From NCBI GenBank assembly GCA_951406725.2, contig OX597828.1, positions 6,882,001-6,946,000 of the forward strand: a stretch of 64,000 bases of DNA. The letters are read 5' to 3'. Below, one piece after another: positions 13,322-25,520 of the stretch. The position numbers were made by a program, and so were the translations under genes. Below the pieces are notes generated by a model, which was not told the DNA's origin, ran no database searches, and was given only the letters and a program-made list of their open reading frames with translations. Source of the DNA: Octopus vulgaris. Lineage: Eukaryota. Within the stretch, counting starts at the first letter, position 1, and the number at the start of each line of letters is the position of its first letter.

Positions 13322-13690
13322 CAGGCGTGGCTGTGTAATAGGAAGCTTGCCTCCCAACCACATGATTCTCGGTTCAGTCTCACTGCGTGGCACTTTGATC
13401 AAGTGTTTTCTGCTATAGACTTGGACTGACCAAAACGTTGTGAAACTGAAAATAGCTCGTCGCATGCAACTCTGTGTGTGTGTCTGTCTTTCAGTCTATA
13501 TTTATACCCCCACCACCGCTCGACAACAAGTCTTGCTATGTTTGCATCCCATTAACTTAGCGGTTCGGCAAAGGAGACCGATAGAATAAGTGCTGGGCTT
13601 AAAAATAAATACTGGGGTTGATTCATTCGATTAAAAATCCAAGGTGGTGCCCCAGCATGACCACAGAGAAATGAGTAATAGATAAAAGAT
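13322..13690 (+). mobile_element. SINE-A copy (older variant)
   Basis: caggcgtggctgtg…ggttcagtctcactgcgtggcac…cttagcggttcggc…gtgccccagcatg…gataaaagat. Confidence 0.85.
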
Positions 13691-13980
13691 ACTCTACACT
13701 GTAATATGATCCATTTGTGATTGCTTCCTCTGGGATAAGAATATTATTTTGCTACAAAAGACAGTAAGATGTCCAAAGATTTTACAGCTTATATGATTTG
13801 GCTTCAAACAGTAATCGAGATCGTTTTTAAGTTAACTTTAAATCTAAAGCATTCAATAAGTTTCATAACATTATTAGAATTTATGGGAAATCTGAATGGT
13901 CAAGAAGACTATGAGTGTGTTGTGACATTCATGCCATTCTGTGATTTCCGAGATATATCCCGCCAGATCATCACAGATCC

Positions 13981-14705
13981 TCTAGAAGATAGTACCAACA
14001 TGCTAAAAGGATAGTCAGAAACGACTTAAGACCACAAACCTTCACTAAAACACAAGGCTGAAATCTTTGGAATGGGTATGAGTAACCTTAAGACCCCATA
14101 CAAATGGCAAAAGAAATAGTAAATTGAAAAGCCAGGCATTCTCGTATCGCAGCGATTTTAAACTTTGTAGAAATATCACTTAGTCATCCTCACCGAGTTT
14201 TAATGACCCAGGGTCATTGAGCTTGCCCATTTCAACTAATGTATGCGATGACCGTTTAATGCCGCAGCAAATTCGAAAAGGTGATCGAAGTAAATAAAGA
14301 TTACAAAAAATACAAGGATATTGTTTACAACAACATCAGTGGCTTATCATGCGTAAAAAAAAACATAAATGTAAATAATTATCAATTAATACTAAAGGGT
14401 ACTACAGATAGTACCAGCACGCTAAAATAACAGTCAGAAACGACTTAAGACTATGGGTATATCTGGCTTTTCAATTTACAATTTCTTTCGACATTTGTAT
14501 GAGGTCTTAAGGTTATTTTTGCCCATTCCCCAGATTTCACCTTTGTTTTAGTGAAGATTTGTGGTCTTGGGTCGTTTCTGACTACTATTTTAGCATGCTG
14601 ATACTATCTCTAGTACCCTCTATTATTAATTGATAATTATTTACCATTATGGATTTTTATGCATGCTAAGTCACTGATATAGTTGTAAACAATATCCTCA
14701 TATTT
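13981..14705. repeat. Composite direct + inverted repeat (pLTR-like architecture)
   Basis: 13981-14137 and 14308-14452 are both reverse complements of parts of 14464-14705. gatagtacca…gtcagaaacgacttaagac occurs directly at ~13988 and ~14407. Confidence 0.75.
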
Positions 14706-14915
14706 ATACATATATATATATATATATATATACATATATATATACATGGATAGATAGAGAGATAGATAGATATAAATATATATGCATACATAAATATACT
14801 ATGTATATACATATATGTATATATATATATATATATATGCATACACATACAGAGTATAATATCTATATACATATATACATACATACATACATACATACAT
14901 ACATACATACATACA

Positions 14916-14951
<36 letters not shown>

Positions 14952-16523
14952 TATATATTTTAAATGCGTATATTTTTTTAATCCTAATTGTCCAATGACT
15001 AACAAAATGAAGATTATGAACAGATTGTGAGAGGAAGAGAATGATTTGGTGGTGGAATGGCGACGGATTAATAAGAAACTACAGAGGATTTAGCCTTTTC
15101 AAGTGTTGAGATCAAACTATTTCACACGTCATTCTAAATTAATATGTTAATTTAATGTAATAATCTAATTTGGTCTAATAATAATAATTCAATATACTAA
15201 TATAATATTGTGCAAGGCATCCTCTGTGTTGTTTCGTCTTTGTTGTTTGTGAGTAAACGTCTAGAATAAAGAAGTGTGACATCGTAAATTTTGGGGGAGC
15301 AATGTCTTTCAAGGAATATTTTTTTCTATATTTTATAAACTAAATACTATTTCACTTTTTTTATTATTTTTTAATGAAATAAAATCAAAGCAAATTAATC
15401 CGTGCAAGCTTGGATGAAAATCAGTGTAAATTTCAATAATTCTAATATCTAAAATAAAAATGTATCTCAGGAATTTGAAATTAAATTGAAATCTAAAGAA
15501 CACGAAGCACAGATACTTCAGTCGAACATCGTTAGGATTCTTCAAAGGAATTGAATGAGATCGAGTAAAAGATAGAGAAAAAGAGGATGCGAGATGTAGA
15601 AAATGAATCGAATGAAATACGAAGAAATTTAGAAGCGTGAATTTAAAGAGCGTAAATTGAAAAAGCCATAATTTTTTACAGCAAGTGTACAGCACATAAA
15701 AAGAAAATTATTGCGAATCATTAAATTAATTAACTACCAGCAAATCCATGTCTAACATGAATATAAAATTCCCCTAACGTGTGATATCTTGTTAAATGAA
15801 ATAATGTTAAATGAAACGCTGGCAAAATAATTTTTTATAAAAAAAGTATATATGATTTAGTAATGGAACATTGTTTAAACTAGTGGTTTATTCAACATTT
15901 TTTTAATTCATGACCCACTTCTGAAACAAAGTTACTTCTTTAAGCCCCAACTAAGAATTATTAGCTGAAAAAAAGTGCATTTTATTGCATTTAATGTTAA
16001 TTCATTGCAGTTGTATTATACAAAAACAAAAATAATTGAAGTAGCTTATCAAAAGCAATCCTATTCTATGCAGATAAACGCACGAATATAACCTCACATA
16101 AGGAACACGAAATTTAACTTTAACCATTTGTACTTTGTTTAGAAAATATACTAAAAGCAAATTATTTTGTAGCAAAAATATATTTTTTATTTAAAATCTT
16201 TTCTGTGTAAACCTTGTGATTGATTTAGTTTCGCAAGATTTTAATTTCTGGATGTGGCATCGTTAGTGACAAATAAAGACCACGTGTCCTTTTCCTATCA
16301 AGGCGTACGCTGAGCTTTTGATAATTTGGTAACTCCCAATGCCAGAATCAGCATTTCAAGATCAGAATTGGGAAAGCGATAACAATTTTACTCTCTTCCA
16401 GAACAATGAAAACGTCCTAAAAAAACTTCAATACTTGTCTATTAAGTGCTGGCCATTTTAGAACCAGCTTGAGCAGTTTGGTTACTTTGTAGTGCCTTAT
16501 GTTTTTTCTACAATGTCAACATA

Positions 16524-16990
<467 letters not shown>

Positions 16991-17202
16991 AGTATATGCT
17001 GTATTTGTCCTAATGAATAGCTAACTTGGAATACCTTCCGAAACAGAAATTCCATATCATTGCACAAATGCCTTGACTGATCATGATACATATATTTTCT
17101 CATCTTACAGCGCGATTTGAACCTTAAAACATTCCTCATCTTTAATGTTGTCAGGTTGCCACCCAACTTGTATCAGTACCATTCTCTTAGATCAATAATA
17201 TC

Positions 17203-17434
17203 TGTTTCTTTATTACCCACAAGGGGCTAAACATAGAGCGGACAAAGAAAGACAGACAAGCGGATTAAGTCGATTACATCGACCCCAGTGCGTAACTGGT
17301 ACTTAATTTATCGACCCCGAAAGGATGAAAGGCAAAGTCGACCTCGGCGGTATTTGAACTCAGAACGTAACGGCAGACGAAATACGGCTTCGCATTTCGC
17401 CCGGCGTGCTAACGTTTCTGCTAGCTCGCCGCCT
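17203..17434 (-). mobile_element. SINE-B full-length (tRNA-like head, Nin/Deu-like central domain, Tx1-like tail)
   Basis: Central gtcgactttgcctttcatcctttcggggtcgataaattaagtacc. 16-bp TSD ttagatcaataatatc at 17187-17202 and 17435-17450. Confidence 0.92.
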
Positions 17435-17731
17435 TTAGATCAATAATATCGACGTGAAAGAAATGTGTCTCCCGTCTTCCCGCTATCACTCTCAATAAAA
17501 AAAGGTCAAAACTTCTATTTGCTTTGTAAAATAAAAAAGAAAGGAAAATCACCGTTGATACATTAGTCCTGTTGCTAAAGCTGATGACAAAATCCAATGA
17601 GTAACACGCAACCACCGAATGGTCACCGGTTTGCACATTGGCACAAGAGTTGTTCTAAATCGGGGAGGAGCAAAATAGACCTAGTGGTCGATATTAAAGT
17701 GTTGTTGTTGTTGTTGTTGCTGTTGTTGCTT

Positions 17732-17784
<53 letters not shown>

Positions 17785-17812
17785 GGTGGTGGTGGTGGTG
17801 GTGGTGATGATA

Positions 17813-17857
<45 letters not shown>

Positions 17858-18500
17858 TTCAGGTCGGATCCTACGAAGCATGTGCACGATCGAAGAAGAC
17901 CTTACAATAATGACCATCCCATTTTATTTTTCTATATCGGCAACAACGCTGTCCAGTATTATCCAATGTGTCCTTCCTTTTACTTAAGTGATTTGGGAGT
18001 GATTTGATGTAGATTTGACTGCTATTTATCAGAGAGTGGGACTATATAAAGGCTATAACATGGGTTCTTTATAAAGAAACCTTACTTTTTCTATCAGATT
18101 TAACATGTCATCCTAATTGACCAGTACCTAGTCGAGGTTTGATCGGGTTGCCATGAGCTTCTAAAAACCACGCACATCTGGCGCAAAAATCAAATGCTTT
18201 TATCCAGTTTTTAAAAAAATTTCTGTCATTGTAGCAGGCCATGCTGGAGCACCGCTTTAAAGTGTTTCCTCGATCACATGCTCCCAGTATGTATTTCTAA
18301 GTCGGATATTTATGTTACTTTTAACTATTTGTCGAATTTGCAGTCTATACCAGTTTCAAACTTTGTCGGTGTTAACGTAGACTAGAACATAGACAAACAC
18401 GAACGCACACTTGCATGCGCGGACACATATAGATGTATGTCCTCTTTAACTCGTAACAGCTCGACAGTAGTAGTTATACTAGGATATATATAAATATATA

Positions 18501-19331
18501 GGGAGAGTTTACAAAAAAAACAACAAAAGACGAGGACAGGTGGTGTACAAAACAAACAGATGTATTAGTATAACGCTCAGGAATAGAAAAAGTATTTTAT
18601 GTTTCGAGCTTACGCTCTTCTACAGAAAGGGATACAGAAAAAAAACTAGGAGAGAAACAAGGAGAGAAAAAATGTGTAGTGGCTAACGATCTATCATGGC
18701 GTCTAACTCGGACAGAAGGTCACACCGGAGAAGGAAAGTAGGGGAGATAACAAAGTGAAGAGGACCCCTAACACGAAGGTGCGTGTGTGTATAAGAGTGT
18801 ATGTATGTGCGTGTGAAAGAGGGCTGGTGGTCTGGACGTGTGCGTGTATGTATGTGTAGGTGTGAAAATGCCGGGATGGGTATGTGGGTGATTGTGTGTG
18901 TGGTGTGTTGTGATGTGATGTGTAATGTTGTATGGTGTAGTGTGGTGTGGTGTGACGTTGTTGGGAGGCGGGGGAGGCGAGAGTGGGGAAAGCACGGGTG
19001 GGGTGTGGGTTCGGCTGAGGGTTGGGGTAGAGTTGAGGTTTGTGGGTCGGCAGAGGGTGGGGGTAGAGGTGGGGTATGTGGGGGACGATGTGTGGGATAG
19101 GATGGAGGGATTGGAAGGATAGGGAAGGTGGAGTAGGGATGTGTAGGGGTGGGTGGGCTTATGGTGGGAGGGGAAGGTGGGTGAGTGAGGAGAGAGAGGA
19201 GGAGAGAAGAGAGAAAGAGATTAGGAGAGAAGAGAGAAAGAGAGTAAGAGAGAAGGGGGAAAGAGAGTAGTGGTGAAGAGAAGTAGGAGTGAAGAGAAGT
19301 AGGAGTCGGGGCAAGAGAGGAGAGTTGAGTG
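18501..19331 (-). mobile_element. Hammerhead-like repeat (probably Penelope-derived) with long GT/purine-rich extension
   Basis: Minus strand ctttctgtagaagagcgtaagctcgaaacata. Shares the cgaggac…acgctcaggaa…gtttcgagc organisation with 24573-24785. ggatatatata on both flanks. Confidence 0.5.
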
Positions 19332-19411
19332 GGATATATATATATAAAACGATAGTTATCTACATCCAATTCTCTCTCTCTCTCTCTCACTCTCTCTCAC
19401 TCTCTCTCTCA

Positions 19412-19442
<31 letters not shown>

Positions 19443-20251
19443 TCTCTCCGTCACACACACACACACACACATACACACACACAATGAGAGCCGGTGTAGT
19501 TTCTGTCTGCTATTAAATTTCAATACTCGGTTATTTGGTCAACCCAAAACGATAGTAAAACCGAAGACGAGACCACGTGATTACGAAGCTAGCCTTTTTG
19601 CTACACGCCCATGTCTGCATCAGTGCAGTTTTTTTCCTGTGACAAATATGTACAAAACAGGAAATAGTTTGTTATACAATAACTCTGCAAATAATATTTT
19701 CGTAATTCTCAATTTTTATGTGCATTTATATGAAACATACACCCGCAACTGAGACTACATCTTGGATTGTAATGATAATATAAGCAGAAGTGCTTCAAGA
19801 AGAAACAGCTGGGAATTACCCAAACTACCAAGAGAATATATACTCATATACATATAATGTATATTATGATAGGACAGTTAATTGCTACATTATTTTAGGA
19901 AAGGAACATTACTTTCTTTAGTCCGCTGGTTACAAAATATACGTGCATGAATATCTGTGAAGACGTTTGAGAAAACAAGACACACTGGGTGATTTGTGTG
20001 GGACTCAATCTGTTTCAAGTATTCGGTAAAGTCTCTGGTCTGAAGATAACTTCCTACTAAAATACTATGAAAAAGGTTGGCTAATGGACCCGTCTCTCAC
20101 TAAGCCTTTAAAAAATAACTAATTGTAGGTACACTGCAGCAACACAATCAGTATCACACAACAACAACGACATAACAAAAAAAATCATCTGTAGTAGTGT
20201 TTGTCTTTTGTTTTTTGTTTTTTTTTTGTGATATTATCCTTCTTGTTGCTA

Positions 20252-20800
20252 GAGCGATGAGCTGGCAGAATCGTTAGCACGCCGGGCGAAATGCCCAGCA
20301 GTATTTCGTCCGTCTTTAGGTTCTAAGTTCAAATTCTGTCGAGGTCAACTTTACCTTTCATCCGTTCGGGGTCAATAAATTAAATACCAGTGGAACACTG
20401 GAGTTGATTAAATCGACTGGTCCCCTCCCCCAAAATTTCAGGCCTGTGCCTATAGTAGCAAGGTGTTATTATTTTGTTGCAAGGGCGGTGAGCTGGCAGA
20501 ATCGTTCGCACGCTGGACGAAATGCTACGTGGTATTTCGTCCGACTTTAGGTTCTAAGTTCAAATTCTGTCGAGGTCAACTTTACCTTTCATCCGTTCGG
20601 GGTCAATAAATTAAATACCAGTGGAACACTGGAGTTGATTAAATCGACTGGTCCCCTCCCCCAAAATTTCAGGCCTGTGCCTATAGTAGCAAGGTGTAAT
20701 TATTTTGTTGCAAGGGCGGTGAGCTGGCAGAATCGTTCGCACGCTGGACGAAATGCTACGTGGTATTTCGTCCGTCTTTGGGTTCTAAGTTCAAATTCTG
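20252..20800 (+). mobile_element. Tandem SINE-B array, 231-bp period (2 full units + 1 partial)
   Basis: gagctggcagaatcg starts at 20259, 20490 and 20721. Confidence 0.92.
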
Positions 20801-20849
20801 AATGTCTAAAAAAAAATTATGTTTGTTTTAAAACTTGAGATTACATAGA

Positions 20850-20851
<2 letters not shown>

Positions 20852-20925
<74 letters not shown>

Positions 20926-20938
20926 TTCATTATTATTA

Positions 20939-20988
<50 letters not shown>

Positions 20989-21001
20989 TTCATTATTATT
21001 A

Positions 21002-21042
<41 letters not shown>

Positions 21043-21160
21043 TTCATTATTATTATTATTATCATCAACATTATTATCATCATCATCATCATCATCATCA
21101 TCATTATTATTATTATTATTATTATTAATATTATTATTATTACTATTATTATTATTATTA
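20852..21160. repeat. (ATT)n/(ATC)n microsatellite
   Basis: Direct reading. Confidence 0.98.
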
Positions 21161-21510
21161 TAACGTAGAATTATGATCAAATCTATATTATTACCTCAAC
21201 AGCTGTTACCACTTAACCTTGAAACTAATTTCCCCTTTACTGTTGTAGCTAGTTTCTCGGTCGTTTGCCTTCTTTTTCTCCTTCTTTTCCTTTCTTTTTC
21301 GTAACCGTTTATATTGTTATTTTTTTTTATTAAAAAATGATTTTATTTTGTCGTATTTAGATACATAAGAGCATATGTGGTGAGGGGGCGATGGTGATGG
21401 CGGTGGTTATTTTGTTAATGTTATTATTGCGGAGCTTAATGACAGAACTCGTGAAGAAATAACAGTGAGAGGGGGAAAAAAACAATCATAGCGTTTATTG
21501 TGATACGATT

Positions 21511-21802
21511 GAGAAGAAGAAGAAGAAGAAGAAGAAGAAGAAGAAGAAGAAGAAGGAGGAGGAGGAGGAGGAGGAGGAGAAAGAGGAAGAGGAAGAAGAA
21601 GAAGAAGAAGAAGAAGAACAACAACAACAACAACAACAAGAAAAAGAAGACCAAGAAGAAGAAGAACAACAACAACAATAAAAAGAAGAACAAGAAGAAG
21701 AACAACAACAAGAAGAAAAAGAAGAAGAAGAAGAAGAAGAATAGAAACAACAACAACAACAACAACAACAACCAGACCAGCAACAGCAGCGGCAGTAACA
21801 GT

Positions 21803-21832
<30 letters not shown>
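21511..21832. repeat. Compound (GAA)n/(GGA)n/(CAA)n microsatellite
   Basis: Direct reading. Confidence 0.97.
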
Positions 21833-21833
<1 letters not shown>

Positions 21834-21849
21834 CAAAGAGCGACAACTG

Positions 21850-23150
21850 AACTTATTTGTTCAAACTGTAAGAATATTTAGTAGTGAAATAGATACGACT
21901 TTCAGAATTGAGAAATGTGCTCTCATAGAAATGAAGCGGGAAAAAGCCCATAAAAAGTACTGGAATAGATCAACGCAATGATGAGAATATAAAATCATTA
22001 GACGCAGAAGAAAGATATAAATATATAAATGGGAATACTGAAAGCAAAAATCAAAAGATTAGAAATAAAGGAGACCGTCATTAAAGAAGGATATTAAATC
22101 CAAATTCAATGCAGGAAGTTTCACACAAGCAATCAACCAGAGAGCATTATTTCTTGCAAGATATGAAGCAGGAATTACTGAATGGAAAAAGTATGGGCTG
22201 AAGAACATTGACGGAAAGAATAATGAGGGTACAGCTCACAGTACATAGAAGCACGCGTTGCCAATCTGCTGTGGAGCGATTATACTGGAAAATAGTAGAA
22301 GGAGCAAGAAGGCGTATAGTAGAAGTCTAGAGAAGATCAGTCTAGGTTCCTTTCTAGAACGAAAAGAAATACTCCTTGGGAACTATTTACAAAATGTTTG
22401 ACATCAGAGAAAACGAGAAAATATAGAAAAGATTAAATCAAACAAAGAAGATAAGATTCACTCAGTGTTTTTTTAAGAATACAAAAGTGATACGGGATAA
22501 CGAAGTCAGAATATTATGTCTAAAGAAAGAGGTACTGAAGAAGGAAATTAAGAGAATGATCTTGATAGCAAAGGAACTGGCCCTAAGGGAATGTTGAATA
22601 AAGAGTACGATCGATCAGCAGAACTGTTCACCCGGACGTAATATATTCGATTATTCACATGAGGCTGTTGCACATTTTATCGGAATGTCTCGAGTTCACA
22701 GTAAATACAAAACTAGCCGGAGCGCTAAGATTCCTGAAACAATACACTGAAATGATTGCAACTAATTTTGTTTTGCAAGCTCAGAAACTGTTATAACAAA
22801 CTTGTGAGATCGACATGAAAACCCTGGAAAAGGATGAAGTAAGGTTGTTGTGTGATTTTTCCCATACAAAAATTAAAAGAGAATAGGACACAATTGACCA
22901 ATTATTGTAGACATTTCCAAAATTTGAACCGTTATTATTGGAGCCCTTGGAACAAATTTTGAAAAACTTGAACCTGGGGGCATATGCAGAATTATCTTAA
23001 AAGTTTTCAGTACAATACAAAAACAGATCTGAAGAGAGAAAAATACTTTTCTACAAAAGGCATAAAATATCTTTTATCCTAGACCATGGGTTGTAGATCG
23101 ACAAGAAGCATAATTAAATCTGACAAAATACTAGTTCCATGAGATAATAA
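21850..23150 (+). mobile_element. Heavily decayed R4/Dong LINE 3' part
   Basis: VQTVRIFSSEIDTTFRIEKCA (cf. MEFGIHKCA in the 46-kb copy), downstream …IGALGT-like remnant, and termination in gagataataata. Confidence 0.7.
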
Positions 23151-23156
23151 TACTGA

Positions 23157-23637
23157 TGATTTCAAGTTTTGGCACAATACCAGTTAGTTGGAGGGACAGG
23201 GGAAGTCACATCAACCCCAGTGCGCAACTGGTACATCCCGAAAGGGTGAAAAATGTAGCCAACCTCAGTGGAATTTGAAATCAAAAGGTCTATTTCTATT
23301 TCTTTACTACCCACAAGGGGATGTACTTAATTTATCGACCCCGAAAGGATGAAAGGCAAAGTCGACCTCGGCGGAATTTGAACTCAGAACTCAGACGAAA
23401 TACCTATTTCTTTACTACCCACAAGGGGTTAAACACAGGGGGGACAAACAAGGACAGACAAACGGATTAAGTCGATTACATCGACCCCAGTGCGTAACTG
23501 GTACTTATTTAATCGACCCCGAAAGGATGAAAGGCAAAGTCGACCTCGGCGGAATTTGAACTCAGAACGTACCGGCAGACAAAATACCGCTAAACATTTC
23601 GCCCGGCGTGCTAACGATTCTGCTAGCTCGCCGCCTT
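23157..23637 (-). mobile_element. Cluster of three nested/adjacent SINE-B copies
   Basis: Three occurrences of cccgaaagg.tgaaa…acctc.g.ggaatttgaa. The last copy (~23405-23637) is full length. Confidence 0.88.
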
Positions 23638-24488
23638 AAAAATGTGAGACACTTACAGTACCTAGGTTTCCCAAGCAGTCACCTATCTAAGTACTCACTT
23701 GCTTCACTTAGTTTTGGTGTTGCTGTCGTGTTGGTAATGGTTGTGGCGTTCGCGTATGTGGTAGTGGTAGTGGTGTCGATGACGATGGTAACGAGAACGA
23801 CGGCGACGATGATGATGACAATGTTGATGGCTAAGTAAGGGTAATGACCCTCTTCGGTCATGAAATAACAGTCAAGTTTCCCTCAAACCACACTGTACTG
23901 TCGGCAAAAAGACAATTAACATACGATAATGTATTCCTAGATACATTATTCCAGAAAACAACATGCAATGATTATAGCTGGAATTTCTTTCATCATACGT
24001 CTACAGGATTAGAACTTATCTGGAGCTGAATAACAACAATACCAACAACAACAACAGCAACCACTGAATCATATTTTATCGATCATAGATCAAGGCTTCC
24101 TTGAATTAAATCCATTTATCGATGCCAATTTGGTTGCATTCACCAACTTCAGTGGAACCTCAAAAATTATCTATATTCATCACTTCAAACGCTATTTAAA
24201 AATCTAAGATAGAATCTTTGGATCATATGCCACTCGACCTGCACATTTTCGGATTTTCTATACTTAATTCTTTTGGTTCACGAATATGACACGGAGGCAA
24301 TTTCTTTGAGACGTTACCATGCAGTGCAGAAACTATAATGAAGTAATGCAAAATTGAAGTAAAAGCAGAAATAAGGATATAGCTACACTGAATTGCGTGC
24401 GGATACGTAACTCAATACAGAAATCAATATATACAGATCTATGTCTCAATATCTCTATCTATCTATGTAACTATCTGTCCCCTTCCTC

Positions 24489-24572
<84 letters not shown>

Positions 24573-24576
<4 letters not shown>

Positions 24577-24785
24577 ATCCAAACAAGAAAGCACAAAAAA
24601 ACACAACAACGCGAGGACGTGGAACAAATATAGTATTATTGGACGCTCAGGAAAGAAGGAAAGATGGAGAGTTTAACGTTTCGAGCGGAGCTCTTCGTCG
24701 GAAACATAGGAGAAGGAAAGATCCAGAGAAGGGAAGACAGAGGAAAAAAAATCGCCAACGGTACACACGCGATCACATTTTGAAT
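24573..24785 (-). mobile_element. ~210-bp minimal-hammerhead repeat (PLE pLTR/retrozyme-like)
   Basis: Reverse-complement paralog of 29754-29960. The core at 24671-24705 reads gtttccgacgaagagctccgctcgaaacgttaaac on minus. Adjacent to (TA)n. Confidence 0.75.
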
Positions 24786-24921
24786 ATATATATATATGTA
24801 CACTTACACACATATATACATGTACATACATATTCAATTCCCTCAGGTACCCTTCCACATTTTCCATCTAAGCAGGGATTTAAACTCAATATATTACATG
24901 TTACGATTTATTATTGAGAGC

Positions 24922-25110
24922 AAGGCAGCAAACTGGTTGAATCGTTAGCACACCGGGCGAAATGCTTAGCGGCATTTTCTCCGTTCTAAGTTCAAACTCC
25001 GCCGAGATTGACTTTGCCTTTCATCCTTTCGGAATCGAAAAATTTAAGTACCAGTTGAAATCTGGGGTCGATTGCATCGACTCTCTCGCGAAATTTCCGG
25101 CCTTCGGCCT
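24922..25110 (+). mobile_element. SINE-B copy
   Basis: aaggcagcaaactgg…gactttgcctttcatcctttcgg…ctggggtcgat. Confidence 0.85.
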
Positions 25111-25256
25111 ATAATTGTTTATAGGATTGTTTATTATAGAGAGTTACTGCATCCACTTCGAGACTCATTCTTAGAATGTGTTATATCATATTACAAATAT
25201 ATATACGTGTACGTATACACATATATGAATATATATGCCTATATACACTTATATGT

Positions 25257-25520
25257 GGACGCGCAATGGCCCAGTGATTAGGGCAGCGGACTCGTGGTCA
25301 GAGGATCGTGGTTTCGATTCCCAGACCGGGCGTTGTGTGTGTTTATTGAGCGAAAACACCTAAAGCTCCACGAGGCTCTGGCAGGAGGGGGGGCACCCCT
25401 GTTGTACAGCTTTGCCATTCATCCTTATTGGGTTGATAAAATAAGTACCTGTTAACAACTGGGGTCAAGGCAATCGAGTTATACACTTACCCCGAAGTTA
25501 CTGGCCTGGTGCTAAAATGT
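25257..25520 (+). mobile_element. SINE-C 5' half abutting a SINE-B 3' half
   Basis: ggacgcgcaatggcccagtgattagggcagcggactcg…cctgttgtac followed directly by ctttgccattcatccttattgggttgataaaataagtacc…ctggcctggtgctaaaa. Confidence 0.75.

Noticed and set aside
16213-16417. Minus-strand exon-like segment with an in-frame TGA
   Set aside because: Stops in all frames, weak donor, and no visible support for recoding.
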